Shown piece by piece: positions 30,041-44,169 of a stretch of 64,000 nucleotides of DNA. The notes beneath the pieces were generated by a model. The model saw nothing but the letters and a program-made list of their open reading frames with translations. It was not told where the DNA came from and ran no database searches. Each line of letters starts with the position of its first letter. Position 1 is the first letter of the stretch. The position numbers and the translations under genes are program-made. The stretch covers positions 49,290,001-49,354,000 of the forward strand of contig CM126209.1 in NCBI GenBank assembly GCA_052327205.1, given 5' to 3'. The stretch comes from Somniosus microcephalus (lineage: Eukaryota).

Positions 30041-30129
30041 CTGTATCCCAGATGGCTGATGCTGGAGTTTTTCGTTTTTTAAAATTTTTAACATCAATCT
30101 GGATTTGAGCTCGATGAACTCAACTTCAC
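30041..30129 (-). other. Candidate upstream exon (possible alternative EBF3 5' exon)
   Basis: Acceptor gtgcagtag, donor CAG|GTATGT; open frame (G)EVEFIELKSRLMLKILKNEKLQHQPSGIQ, in phase with ATG AAA G|gtaagc at 30867-30861. Confidence 0.4.
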
Positions 30130-30949
30130 CTACTGCACATTAAATGCACTATCAAGGAAATGACCACCCTGAATAAATCAACAATATTCCTGACAGATCG
30201 ATCAATTTGTGGTTGTTTTCTTTTAGAATTGATTCGTGGCTATTATAACAATACTTTAAACACTCCACCTTTTATGTTGATGTCTACAGTATATGGTGGA
30301 GAATATAGTTTCAATCTTAAGCCCGAGTGACCGAATGTCTTCATTTAGAGAATACACATTTCGATGAAAAAAGATCAAATAAAATCGATTTATTTTGAAC
30401 TTTTAATGGTGTTTTTGCCGTTTATCACACCATGCAAATAATGAAGGGATGCAAAGGATTTTGAGTCGAGTTTGATCTGCATAGCATGCATGAAAAGTAA
30501 ACGCAACCCAAATGCTTATGTGGCAAAATAGTGATTAAATAGAACATAATTAAGAATGCAAGTTTCGAAGAAAAAGTTGAAAATATGTTACTACATTTTA
30601 ATATTATACAATTATTATATATATATACCATTATATGGAAGCATGTAAACCCAAATGTTTACTTTAAAGAACATATTCCAAACATTTTATATATATAGTG
30701 TGTCTTGTTTGTATTATATTTACGAACTATCTGTGAATTATAACAAATAACAGCAAAAGGGACATTAAAACCCAAAATAAAGAGAGCGTGTCTGACTATA
30801 ACCTATAACTGAGACTGTTATGGCATGTCAAGGTAGTGTGAAATCTAGAACATCGCTTACCTTTCATGGACAATTAGACACTAGACAGATTTTCCTTTAA
30901 AGCCAAAGTCGGAACTATTTAGCCGTCATGTTGTGTTTATTTATGTGCG

Positions 30950-31180
30950 GTGAAAGCGTGATCCTGGGCTATTTTAGTGACTTACAGGGAGAATCTTTGC
31001 AATTTCTGTCTGCAACTCAAATTGGAGTCGCGTGGCCAGTGCAAAGCCCGCTCAGGCGCAAGCGCAGTGTCTTTTGCCGGAGGAGGCGGGACGTGTGGGA
31101 CAGGGATTGCGCGACATTTCTTTGTCTTTGGCATGTAAAATTGTTCAGAGAAAGGGTGGCCAACTCTTAACACGGAACCT
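30950..31180. promoter_or_regulatory. CpG-rich distal promoter-like element
   Basis: Local GC/CpG peak with NRF1-like GCGCAAGCGC (31056-31065), GC box GAGGCGGGA (~31083-31091), ATTGG (31021-31025); minus-strand donor AAAG|GTAAGC at 30861. Confidence 0.55.
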
Positions 31181-34100
31181 TAGACAAGTGGGGTTTCTAT
31201 AGAATCTTAAGTCGCAGGTATTTTTTTGTCCAAAGAGGGCAGAGGCGCCTTTAAAAGGAAGGGGGTCAGCCTCTCCCTTGCCCCCCCCCCCTTAGAAAAA
31301 AATGAAAATGTTATGTCAACTTCACAAGTGTTGAAGGTTAAACATTTAAGTGTAAAAGTGTCAGAATCTGAGGGAATGTTGACTGAGACTGTGCGCGACT
31401 TCCTGAAGTAACTGTCTTCTCCCAACAATGTTGAATTCCCCTGCTCAATGAACTATTGGAAAGCGGGTCACGGTGTGAAAGGCCACGTACCAGGTGACCC
31501 TGGAGTTCAGTTCAAATGTGGCAGCCATTCCACCAGGGACAGGAACAAGCAGCCTCACAAAACTTCACCAGCACTCACATATGTCTGTCATTCAAGTGAA
31601 GCCGGCAGGGTGTGGAACAAATATTGCAACAACACTTAAAGACATGCAACAGATGACACTCAGTGACTGCAAAAATGTGCCCACTCAAAATTTGCATCAA
31701 TTTTTCTCAACCTTTGTCATACCCTTACTGTAATAATATTGCGTCAAAGAACTCCATCTCCTGCTCACCATCATTTTCATTCGCTCATTTTTATTCAAAT
31801 TGTTGAACTTTTTGAAGAACCTAAATGTTCAAGATTGGCATTTAATGAATGTGTTTTGTTGACGTTTGCTGCAGTATAAGACACAATATTGTAAAGATAA
31901 TGTAAGTACTTGCCATTTTAGGGTTGGTTATCTGTAAATTGTACTTTTTTCCTATTCAGTTTAATAAAATAAACATAAATTGAATAAACTTTCAAGGAAT
32001 GTAAACGTATATTTAGTATGTGCAGTAATGTGTTGAGAAAATGAGAGCTTTACTCAAGTGTCAGCAATCTCAGCATCAATGTTAAGGGCCCACGGACATT
32101 TAACAATATAATTACATGTAAAGGGTAGCTTTTGAGTGAGTTACAAGACTGCCAGCTAATCAAGGTGTTCAGACGATGTTATAAACCATTAAGGGGAAAG
32201 TTCAAGTAGACCATAAACATCATCTGAACTTTGAGATACAGCAATACTCTTTAGCTCACACTTTGGTACATGTTATGTTTCTAGATCATTATGCCACTCA
32301 TGGCTAATTAGGAAGCTGATTTTATGATGTTAGAAGACATTCAACAGTCTGAGAGGCCTGGGACATTCATTCTCCAGCAGTGTCTGTTCCGTTTCCATGG
32401 GAACTCAGACCTTGGATTCAGTGATGGAATTCAGCACTCAAGAACGTTTTTAAATAGCACTGTTTATTTCCCAGAGAGGTCACACAATAAAGCCATTAAA
32501 TTATTGTTAATCCGAAATAATTGTATGTGATATTTTTTATTTTCTGGATCATGTCTTTTGTTTGAGTGATTTCTAAAAAAATAAGTTTTCATACATGATG
32601 TTGTTGAGTGTCTTCTCTCAATTTCATGCTCTAAATCTGTTTGGCTAAGATGTCAAAGTTCCAGAGTATGGACAACATTTAAAGCAAGGAACTTACATTT
32701 GACCTAAGGACGTTCTTGTATCACCTTAAAGTTAACATATATACTGCACGAGACATATTGCAGTTAAAACGTTTTTACAGCTTTTGTAAAGTTGCAGTGT
32801 ACTTCTGCCTTGACTGGGGCATGTCAGTGTCTCAGTGCAGTGCCGGGTGACGTTTGCAGAATGGTGTAATACTCCATATGCCATTATTGTAACTTTATCA
32901 GAAAAAATGTTTGTAGTAGATTACAGAGAAATTCAATGCATTGTGAATGTTACAAGACCTTTGAAAATAGATTATTGTAAAGGAACACGATTGGCCAAAA
33001 GTGAGCATTAATGTATGGTATCTAATAGTAATAATGAGCATGTACTCCAACAGGTACCATTGATTAAATCAGAGCTTACAGAGCCACATTTCTGCAAAAA
33101 CATAATAATGTAAGTAAAGTAATACTATACTGCTAATATAGTCTGATAAATACAAAAGCGTATATTTTAAGAACAGTATCTAATCTTTTGTCTCTAAAAG
33201 ATTTCTAGCCTTTTAATGCCATTTTAATAACAAATGATGTAACCTCAGCCGTATTGTCCATTAAATTATCTTAAAATAATTTTGTATGCCATATTCTGTT
33301 TTATCAGACAAATAAATTCATTAACTTTATTGAATTTCAAAGTTGTGTAGTCTTCTGTGTACTGATTGAACCCATTTTTCTATAACGCAAGTACAATAGT
33401 TGTATGTACATTTCTGAAAATGCTAACATTTAATTTAATGCTACAGAAATATACATAACCATACAACATTTTATAATTTACCAAATAAGCTAAATTAATC
33501 TTCTCATTTCAATTTCGGTGCAGTAACGCTAGTGCATTCCTTGAAAGATTGAAATAATGGTTTTAATTGTGGTTTTAATCTAATAATGCAGTTTTTATAA
33601 TGGAGGCTAAATACAGTAATAAAGCTGTATCCAGTGTTTATGAGCTGAATTACAGTATGTTGTGCTTTGTTTTTCCAGTCTGAATCCTCTATGGGAAATA
33701 TACAAACATATGTCAGTTACACCAATAACAATCATTTCATTAGTATTCATATAAAGTAGTATGTTATTACTGATAAATATTTTCCACTTTGTAGTTAACT
33801 GAAACTACCAAGATATGTAAATAAGTTCTGGAGCAGGGAGAACATCAGAGTACATAGCTATCTTCACATTAAGTCTGTGGTAATGCTGCACTACTAGCCT
33901 GGGACCAATAGCCGATGAGTACAATTCATAGCTGCAAACGACACTGTTGGTGCCAGGAGAGAACTGTGCACGTGCTTGCTTACGCCTATGCACAGAGCTC
34001 CACTTCCCAACTGGTAAATTCTCAATGTTTTGAGAGCACAGGTAGGGGCATGCACCTTTTCAAAACGGACCAACTAAGCACTTTTTGAAACCTTCTGTGA

Positions 34101-34469
34101 CGCTGCATTGGAGTTATCTACTACCTGGCATCAGGTTTCATTTTCTGTTTTCATTTAATTTCCCCTCCATCTACAGCTTGTCTTTTTAAAACATTTCCCC
34201 CTTTCTTTATTGATCTTTTATAACACATAACTGTTTTTAATTTAGCAGTTTGCAGGTTATTTAACACATTAACTCCCCCTCTGTGTTTGGTGTACCTGTT
34301 GATACTTCCCCCTTTGCTCTCTATTTTTCCCACCTTGCCTGTTTGATCAAGAAATTTGTTTATTGCCAGAAACTGGAACATGAGCCTGAAGACATCGGCT
34401 TGAGGCTCGCTTAAAATTGAGCCTTGGGATACATTCCCATAAAACCAATGAGGGGTTTTGTGAAATATG

Positions 34470-34870
34470 TGTGGCTTCAACAGATGTATGTTCTGGGGTG
34501 GGGTGGGGTGGGGGGGGGGGTGAAGCTAACAGGAGTGGGGCGAGCCTGGGCCAGCAGCAGCCCGCAGTATTGTTGTGGAGTCAGGAGGAGCCACTGTAGA
34601 CCTGGAAAAACTGACCGTGGCAGATCCTCCAACTAGACGATGACCAATTTCCTGAAACAGGCCTTAGGATCCTGATTAGCATATTCAACTGGCCTAACTC
34701 TTGTTTCAGGCGGGCGCCCTGGACACTTGAAACTCACCGGCTTCCAATTTTGCAGCTAGCGCACTTCCGGGGGAGATCGGGCACGCTAGATCATGACTGG
34801 AAATTGCCTCCCCTCACCAATGTTAAATTTTCACCACCAAAAAACGTAAACAGGGACCAATTTATCCCCC
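34470..34870. mobile_element. GC-rich MITE-like fragment (probably Harbinger-type)
   Basis: Ends in AATTTATCCCCC, like the other MITE termini here; left end not resolved. Confidence 0.35.
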
Positions 34871-35515
34871 TTTACCTTACCAGAACCTTCGATCTGTAGA
34901 GAGTTCACATCCAAAACATCATAACCTGCCTTTTCACTTTACAGATGTTGACTGACCGGCTGTGTATTTCCAGCACGTTTTGCTTTAATTGTGGATTGCC
35001 GGTATTTACAGTTTTTCTGTTTTATTTTTCCCTGACTGGCACTTTTCTCACTACAAAGTGGAGACCGCTTTGCATAACCATCAAATAAATCAAAATATTA
35101 ATGTTAATATTAAACCAGGAACATATGTGTCACCCATTAAATTACTGACTTTATCCTTTTTTTAAAAAAGAAAATGGTAAATTAATTTCAGATGTTTTGG
35201 GCATGACATTACTCCACAATATAAAACTCTAGCTGTGGTTTGATGGGCCTCAGATTAATATGCTAAGAATGGGAAAGCCACCTTTGGCAGAAAAGTACTT
35301 TATCAAGGGTGGTGTTAAAACCACTTTGTCTTAATAATGCCAACAGCACCTGACATTTCTACTAACCCTCAACATACTTTTTTCAGGACAGCCTAGCACA
35401 TGTAAAAAGACAATGGAGAATTGAATTGTTGAATTATTTTACTTTATTTTCAATTTACTTAAAAAGCAGTAAAATAGAAAAAAAGTTACTATTTTTAAAA
35501 TGTTATCTTTTTATG

Positions 35516-35700
35516 ATGTGGAGATGCCAGTGTTGGACTGGGGTGGACAAATGTGAGAAGTCGCACAACACCAGGTTATATAGTCCAACAGCTTTATTTG
35601 AAATCACAAGCTTTCGGAGCGCTGCTCGCTGCGCTCTGAAAGCTTGTGATTTCAAATAAAGCTGTTGGACTATAACCTGATGTTGTGCAATTTCTCACAT
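35516..35700. mobile_element. Palindromic insertion, probably Penelope-like
   Basis: ~72-bp inverted arms (35549-35622 / 35631-35701) with an 8-nt loop; flanked by 13-bp direct repeat TTATCTTTTTATG (35503-35515, 35701-35713). Confidence 0.7.
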
Positions 35701-36921
35701 TTATCTTTTTATGGTATTGAAGTTCTGAATACCTCTACCTTTTATGCCAACTTTATATCATAATTGTCATAGTATAACAATTTTGAGCATCTATGGAAGC
35801 AGATATTTGTCTTTCATTGTCATATTGCAAAACATTCCTCAATGCCAATTAGTTTTCTCTATTAAACGAATGAAAATGATGGTTTAAATGTATCTAAGTC
35901 AGTGTTCAATCCCTATAATTTTAATATAATTTTTATTAATACACTGATATAACTGATTATACTTACAGGTAAATAACTATTTCACAAATAATTTATAATA
36001 TTTAAATTTGTTTTGTCACTAAGCAGCAGTGAACTCAAACATCTTTTTCAGCAAACTGTTGTATCTCATTCGGTGTGTGGCTAAGATTTTTCCTGTGTTT
36101 CATCTACTGTCTTCCTTAAAGTTGGTTAAACCTGCAGAAGCCTTCTTTTATACTGGCCCAAGTGTGCTGCATTTCACATCTGATAAAGATCACACATTTG
36201 AATGAGTTAATTGGAAAACCTGAATTTATTCACGTGGGCCATTTTTTCTCTCTGGAAAGAACAAGTGAAAATTCCAGTATTTTAAGGGGAGTGACTATTC
36301 ACTCAGCAGGTGTTGGGTCAATAAGGGGACCATTACATCTTATGCACAAAGCTGTTGGGCAAATGACCAAGTGAATTGTCTTATTCCCATAGCTGTTATG
36401 TGAATGAAAGGGTTCTCACTTTTATTTCCTCAACTGCTAGGACTCCTGAGAAATGCTGCTTACCTAGCAACTAAATAAACAGCACCATTTTCAGCTCTAG
36501 ATTTTAACATTTCTGTCAAGTACTTGAAACATTGTAAGGAATATTGAGTTTTGCTGGGTGGGGAGGGCTTTTGAATTTTAGCATTTAATAATTTAAAACA
36601 TGTTCAGCGGGTGAAGAAAAATACTGAAAAATCAACTGAAATAAATACACTACATAACAAGAATTCAAAGCAATATCTTCTAGTATTTTCACTTTATTTT
36701 AATACTTGGTTATAAAAGACCATAAATATGTTGCTGTATAGATGAGGTGTAACTGGGAAAAATTAACTTCTCACGGCTACCTGACAGATGGAGTAAATTG
36801 GTTCCAAAAGTTTAAACTTAACTAGTTTTTAATTGATAAATTACCTGCAGATTTACTGTAATTGATAAAATCATGAAATATTACATGCATAATAAAGGCA
36901 CATCACTTAAATTCTGTGAGA

Positions 36922-36935
36922 CTGCCATCTACTGG
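36922..36935. promoter_or_regulatory. CTCF-like motif
   Basis: CTGCCATCTACTGG, a close match to the CTCF core. Confidence 0.4.
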
Positions 36936-37389
36936 AATTTAGTTTGAACCTGTTAAAATTCCCATTGCTGAAACATAAAGTGACACCTAGATACCTAGTC
37001 TCAAAATCTGCTATACAATGAACTTGGCATAATATCTGTGCAAGTCAAACGTAGTAAGATACAACATCTACCTTTTTGTGCAGTAACTCCTGAGATTCAA
37101 ATCCTTGGCTTGGGAACGATTAAGCTCAGAGCAACATAAAACTCAACATTACAGTGCAAGGCAACTCAGTGAAAATCATTTTGTTGCTTAAGGTCATATA
37201 TATGTTTATTAACAGGCTGAAGTAGCACCAGTCTGTGGTGAGCCTTGCCTCCATGGATCCGATTTCCTTTCTATTTCTTGCTCTCAGTAATGACAGAAAA
37301 AGCCTTTTAAGGCAAAACATATTTTTTTCTTACCATTTCCTCTTTCTGGACCATTAGTCTTTTTCTGTTTTTTTGCCCAATTTTCTCCC

Positions 37390-38290
37390 CTCCCATCTCG
37401 CAGGCTCTGATTCGTGCAGGCAGACCATTACCTTGTTCATGAGGCCTTTCTTGTGTGAGCTTAGAATGTGGGGCTGATAATTCGCAGCCCTTTTTGGCTC
37501 ACTTCTGCTGTAACTCCAGCATGGCCGTATGGGCCATAAATTAGACCAGAATCTGGATACGCTGGGTTCTGGTCTTACATCAGGGATTCTATGGGGGCCT
37601 TTAAGGGTTGGAGGCTTGCAACACCAGGAGTTCCCACATCCCTGGCATCTCAGTGCATCATTTGTGTCATGGGGAGACTAGGTGTAGCAGGCCGCTGAAT
37701 GACCGTTATAGGTCCCAGCCATGGGTCAGGGCAGGGATCAGGACTTGGACCCCAAAGATTTCAAGTATGCACATTAAAAAAAAACTAGCCCCCTTATAAC
37801 GTGGCCAAGGGGATACTATTTTATCCTTTCTAGAGGGAAGGTCTCAACACCCCCCCCACCCCGAACCCGGCACAGTATACCACAGCACATGGCCTCTGGA
37901 TCTAAGTAGGCACCCAAGATATATCCCTAGTGGCATGGGTGGCCACGAGTGCACACTAAGAAACCTCCCCATGACCCCACAAAGCCCATCGGGGTCAGCA
38001 GTGGATATATCCCAGAATGATTCCCCTGTGGATATTCGGCTCCATTGAGCATCAACAATCTATTCAAGGAAGGAAGGCATCATAGCTGGACATGACCTCA
38101 TCTGTGTACATTCCAGCAGGGGTCACTGTGTAACATTTAGAAGTAGAATGCTTGGTCAATTTCCCCCTACCTAAATAGGAGCATGAAGGCCAATTATATT
38201 GCCCTGGCCATTGCCCGGACTGAGATTAGCCAATTCACTATGGACCACAGATCAAGACTGGGACCTTTCTGGCCTGTATGTTGTAGTAGG
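37390..38290 (-). mobile_element. Old tRNA-derived SINE split by a MITE-like insertion at ~37470-38043
   Basis: tRNA-like head at ~38240-38290 (GATCAAGACTGGGACC); insert bounded by GGGGCTGATAATTCGC / GTGGATATTCGGCTCC imperfect TIRs. Confidence 0.5.
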
Positions 38291-40232
38291 TTACTGGACT
38301 TTGCTTTCTTTCTCTTTTTCATTTTTGCCTGTATATTTCCACCTCCTAACTTTCCCTTATTTAAAAAAATCTATTTGTAACTTTTTTTCTTTGTTAATTG
38401 CATCACTTTTCTTTCTGTCCCCACTTCTGGTTACCTGACTCTCTGTCTTATTTATCTGTCTTTTCATTCCCTTGATATTTCACTTCTGTATTTCTTTGCT
38501 TCCTTTTTAATCATCACAATTTACCTGCCTTTGTATGTGTTTATCTCTCCCCATTTTCTCCATCGAAAAGCTCTCTCTATACAATCTCCCAACTCTATCC
38601 TTGTACATCTTCTGACTCTGTCATTTACTATCTTTGCCATCTCTGGGCTCCATCCCTGCAATCAACATACCTGGAGTTGCTTACTGACATCGACATATAC
38701 ATGTTGCTGCCGTTACTTGAAGCTGATGACAGCAGCTGCTGCTCCAACCAATACAACAGCATTGCTTTACATAGATTGTAGAATTTATTCTTTATTTGAA
38801 CTGTGCTAGAAATTACTCCAACATTAATGACAAAATATTGCATTTGCATTGCCTGCACTAAGGTATATTTTCCAGTGAATCTTTTATTTAGAATTTTTTT
38901 AAATTATAGCAAACACAACAATACGCACAGAGCAACAACCATTTAATAGTGAATCCTTTCAGGCCTCAAAAATAGCAATTTTAAACATTTAGAAATTCAT
39001 AGATAAAATAGATTTTTATGTAAAAATATAGCAAAATCACTTGAAAAAAATTAACGCAAATGAAAATGCTAATACAATTGGGTTTTGTCAGTCGTGTTTT
39101 ATAAGTCTAGCACGAGTATGATATTGCTTCTGCTTTAATTGACAGCCATGGGAAGGAAACAAAAACACTTAGTCCTCATACTTTTCAAATTAGATTATCA
39201 TCACAGTGAAATTCAGGTTAAATTACTGAAAACTATATGCAAATTTGTATACATTATTTACAATTGTATGATTACCTGTATCTATTTTAACCTACACATT
39301 TGGAGTTTAAGCCTGATTTAAAAATATATATTTGGAAGCTTTTATATTGATTTTAATCATAAAAAGTCTGGATGTTTACTGCCAATTATATTCTTTCCCA
39401 ACCTGTCACTGCATAGAATCTGTGGCCAATTTTATTTCCTGCAAGTTTACAATACTAAGGGGATAAGTATGACAGCCAGTGGTGCAGCATTACATATACA
39501 TCTTAACAGTTCTCCAGTATAATTAGTGCCTTCATGGCATACCTAGAGTGAAAAATGTAACTTTAATTTGATGAAATTATTTTTGCATAGTACTTGTTGT
39601 TAGGTAGTTGCTGAAAGCAAAAGCTTCATGGCAAACAGTGATAATTACATACTAAGTCAGTAGACATTATTCATTAAATTAGACCAATGCTGACATTCCA
39701 AAGAACATATCCATGCTTTATTGTGGGTAATGTGGACTCATTTACTTGTATACAGGAAGCAATTTCAATTAAAAGTTCCTAACACTTGTGGTTTTATTAG
39801 TTTATAAAGTCTATCAGTAATTGATAGCACATTTAAATAATGTGTGACTTTGTGCATTGTAAGGCATCAATCTTCAGGACATGTTACAGTGACTCATTTT
39901 AAAATCTTACCGTAGGGTGACTTTTGCTATGTTTTTAATTGCATTATAGAACTTGCTATTGATTCCAAGCCCTAGTAATTAATAAAACAAGTTGTTGTTC
40001 AATATTGTTGAAATGTTTTGAGGAAATTGAAACATAAAAATGTTTATTCATACATATGCATACTTGGTATAATTATTTTTCTTTTGTGTTTTTGTTTATT
40101 TAGCGTTTGTTAACAATATGTTAGTAGCCACTTTGATTTCCTTTAATTTATAGTTGCCTTTGTAAAGGAAGTTTTTTCTGTTGCTCAGTACTTGATGAAA
40201 AAGTTTCCCCAAAGAGCTGGCGATGAAAAACC

Positions 40233-40400
40233 TCAGTAATTGTCTGTATTATATGGATCATTGACCTTGAACACTGGAACTGTGTAACCGACTGTCCATT
40301 TATCTGGAAAATTACCACATGGCAAGATCAGATTAGACAGTTTTACAAGATTTGCTACAGTGACTGCTAGTATATTATTAGATACTGGACCATACCAATT
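40233..40400 (-). mobile_element. Ancient LINE RT fragment
   Basis: NLILPCGNFPDKWTVGYTVPVFKVNDPYNTDNY resembles the LINE RT segment FNxIxxxGxFPxxW...VPIFKxGDxxxxxNYR. Confidence 0.6.
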
Positions 40401-40801
40401 CCCTCCCCACCCCCTACATTGCATTGCCCCTTAACTAACCTGAGGTCAAACATTGATTATGTGTCGTAAGAGGCTACCCTGTTAACCCTTTGTATACCGT
40501 ATTTCTATCTCGATTTGAACACTAGATTATTTTATCTGTTCAGTTTACTTTTGCAAAATAAAATAAATAATTTTTCCAATTTGTAATTCTTTTTATTTTG
40601 TCTACTTATTAGGTCTACTGCACAATATGTCATGCACTGTTAACTGCTTGAGAAGATTATAGACAATCTGTCCCTAATCTAACAATGAACCTCTGTACCT
40701 GACTGATAGGAGGCTCACAAGAATAGCATGAGTTGACTCATCCTCCAGATTCTCTCCCTTTTATTTGCAAAAGAATCTTGCATCAATGGCTGAGATCCAC
40801 T

Positions 40802-42512
40802 GGGCTGAATTTTGCCGGCACTCAGAGTGCGGGTTCGGAGGCAGGTCCACTGTCAAAATCAAAATGATTGACAGTGGGTTGGGAACCCACTCCGAACCCA
40901 CCTCCATGTAAGTTTCCAAAGTGTCGGGTCTGCGATTTCAGAACAGACCCGACACCAAGCGGTGGGGAGGTATTTAAGATAGTTAAATGCTTGTTAACTA
41001 CTATTTTGCCAGCCTATTTCTATTTTCCCACTTTTTTAACTGGGTTCATGTCATTCAGAGATCACGTCAGGGTTCTCTATGTCTCCCCATTGCTGTGAAT
41101 AGGTGACAGCTGCAAAAGTGATATGAAAGCTACCATTTCACAGCTGGTCACTTTCCAATGTCAGAAGCTTAAGCCTTCAGGACTTGGAAGACACTTTTGA
41201 GCTTTATGCAGTTTGGAAGTGTTTGTAGTAAACTATCTATCCACTGTCACCTCCTTGGAGCAAGCTCTCTCACCATTGACAGATTGCCTCTGTCATCTCA
41301 ACTTCAGCTGCCATCTATTCCAGCAACATCGGTGTCCTTGAAAAAATCTCACCTTAGTCCTCTGAATCCCTCCACGATCAGCCCCAGCACCAACATCACC
41401 AGGCACACCAACATCACCAACAACAATACCAGCCTTCTCCGCAATCACCTGATGCTGCAGAGGACACAGGGCATCAGCACCCGACAACATTGCTGCCCGG
41501 GAAGCCAGCGATGGCATTACCATGGCTAGATTTACTTCACTTGACACTGTACACCCTGGCTGCCACATGATGCGCCAGGTTGACACTATCCCACACCAAC
41601 ACCATAAAGCATCCCAACAATGTTCAAGCCATTCCTTTCACACCCATCACAATTGGGGGAGCAGGGAAGAAGATATGTCTCAACATTCACTGGAACTCAC
41701 TAAGACACTTCCAAAGGTGAGCACAGATCTGTCCAATAAGGTAAAGTCTTGAAAATATAGATTTCAATGTTTGACAACACATTAACAGAAACTTCACATG
41801 AACATTGGCTAAACCACCAGGTGCCTACCCTTGTGTGTTGTTAGTTTGTATGCTTGGTTGAAGGTGAGTGTGAGGGGTGGCTAGTGAGATGGGGAAGTGA
41901 TAATGTAGTTAGAGAGGGATGGGTGGAGGTGCAAGGTAAGTTGGTGTGAGTAAAGATGTGCAGGAGTAGGGTAGGGAAGGCAGAGTGATGTGGATGTGAT
42001 GAGTGGCACAGCAGGATGAGGTTGAGTGTGGCTTGGCAGTAACATTTTGTGATCTGCTCAGATCATTGAAAGGTTTGTGCCACTGCAGCCTGGTCCTCCT
42101 GACGACATCCCTGCTTCTGCCCTCCTGTACAATGTGCAGCCAGGTTGTGTTGATCTCCTGGGGAGGTCTCTTCCGCCCATTGGAAGGGAAGAGAACCTCC
42201 CTGCGTGCTGTGACTCTCTCCATAAGCATATGGAGGGAGTCATGGGAGTGCCTGGGTGCAGCCGTGCACCTTTGTGCAGTGCTTGTCAGTGTTTGCAGCA
42301 CCTCAATGTTGTAGAATTCTGACAGCAGAGCTGGCAAGATCAATTTGGACATGGCCCGTTTAAGGAAACCGGCTGATGACGCCATCAAATGACGTCATCA
42401 GACCTGCTTCCTGTTAATCCTTTTCACAGAGCGGCTGGAGTCAGGGGCAAGACCGGGACCCGCCAACGACCTCTCCCGCCGCGATCCCGCCTCCGATGGC
42501 CAAATCGCGGCC
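40802..42512 (-). mobile_element. PIF/Harbinger transposon derivative with Myb/SANT-like ORF remnant
   Basis: ORF 41909-42388 (LMERVTARREVLFP...WLHIVQEGRSRDVVRRTRLQWHKPFNDL) resembles the Harbinger Myb-like DNA-binding protein; imperfect TIRs GGGCTGAATTTTGCC / GGCCAAATCGCGGCC; ACT on both sides. Confidence 0.7.
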
Positions 42513-42687
42513 ACTATGAGGATTAGCAGGCATGAACCTACATTTTATCATTTGCTGTAATATGGCTGTGCCATGCCACTGGGTGTATTGACTTTTTCAA
42601 AATAATATTTGATAAGCATTATTAGTTTAATAAATAAAAGTTTGAAAGTTGACGCAAGCCAAATTAGGTACCTAACAGCTAAAATGT

Positions 42688-43331
42688 GGGGGCGAATTTT
42701 TCAGGCCTCCCACTCGGTGGAAACGGGGCGGTAGCACCCCAAAACTAGTGGGCAATGACCTACCACACCATTACCACCATTGTGGCCTTGGCAATGTTTC
42801 CCCGGGCCCATCGCTGGGTGTCCAGAAAAGTCCCGGGTCAGGCGGAAGTCCTGTTTAAAATGTTAAGCAGGGTCCTATGATGTACATAGGACCCCGATTG
42901 CCATTTTTTGGACCGACCTGGGCAGAGTGTGTACCGTGCACACTCTGATAAGCATCATGTGGCAATCTGGCCAAAGAGGATCCTGAAGGTGAGCTTCACT
43001 TCATTTTTGTGGGGTCATGAAATTGCAGGAGTGCTCCACTAGATTCCACAAACCCAGCCTGGGCCACTGCTGTTCCGGCTCCGCACCCCCAGTCCTTGCA
43101 GATTGGGGCCCCACCCAGAAACCTACCTTCCTCTGGCTTGGAGGCTGGCCGGGCCACTGCAATATCAGGTGGCCCAGAGTCAGCAAGCTGCCTTGGGCCA
43201 CTTGGTTTCTGACCACGGCCCGCCGGTCTGATGCAAATAAGGCCCAGTCCTGAAAATGGACTGGGTCGACCAGCAGGACTACAGGACAGTCGGCCAATGC
43301 ATTCCACTGGCTCTGGACCAAAATTTACCTC
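42688..43331. mobile_element. Harbinger-type MITE
   Basis: GC-rich block bounded by GGGGCGAATTTT and AAAATTTACCTC. Confidence 0.5.
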
Positions 43332-44169
43332 TTTATTAACTGGTACAATATAGACGGTAGTTAATGGCCAACAGGCAGCCATTTTAATAGCGTACAAATA
43401 TAAAATAATTAAAACCAATGCTGTAAAATGCACAAGTGAACATCAGGTGAGAACCAGATTGGACTTGGCTTCAATGCTCACATGACCAAGTAGCCAGCTG
43501 ATGCTAGCGCTATTTATGCTCCGACATGAAGAAAGGCAACTTGAGCAATGTACTGGAGTGCTAGCGGTGCCTGTTGAACAGTTTCCCAGCAATGAGTCAA
43601 TACATTCAGAAAACAAAGGAAAAAAATGGAGAGAAAACTTGGGGGGTGGGGGAGTAATAATATAATAACTGATTAAATGATTCTGATTTTATAAGAATAG
43701 ACACTCAAGATAGAAAGGTAAATGGATTTTTTGCAAGGAGGGTTAGGATTTCAATTTTAGCCTCCAGTGTTATTATCAGGCACTCTCAGAGCAGGCATAT
43801 TAAAGGTTAGATTCAAGAGGTAAAACTCTTTGTACGCTGTTCAAACAATGAGCCTTAACCACAATCAGAATTGCACCTATATCGCAGGAATCTGATATTT
43901 TTATTTCCTCGGTGAATAGTCCTTATAGCCTTTCTGAGTGAGACCAAGGATTTTTGCCATGAATTTATGACTATTAGTAACTGTGCTAAAGACAGATATG
44001 TAAAGGCAAATAGGATTGAGTTGCCTGAGCTTCGAGAGTCAGAATCCCAGAGCTCAGCAGTTGCCTATGGGCCACAGATCACAGTTTGGACATCCTGACT
44101 TAGAGATAATTGAGAAGAAATAATACTTAACGAATTTGGCATTATATGACACTTTTTTTTACCATGCAT

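Noticed and set aside
31226-31411. 61-aa plus-strand ORF next to the distal promoter
   Set aside because: Non-ATG start, no recognisable homology or convincing splice context
35549-35701. miRNA precursor or CRISPR-like repeat
   Set aside because: Near-perfect long arms and a flanking duplication point to a mobile insertion; no spacer array; eukaryotic DNA
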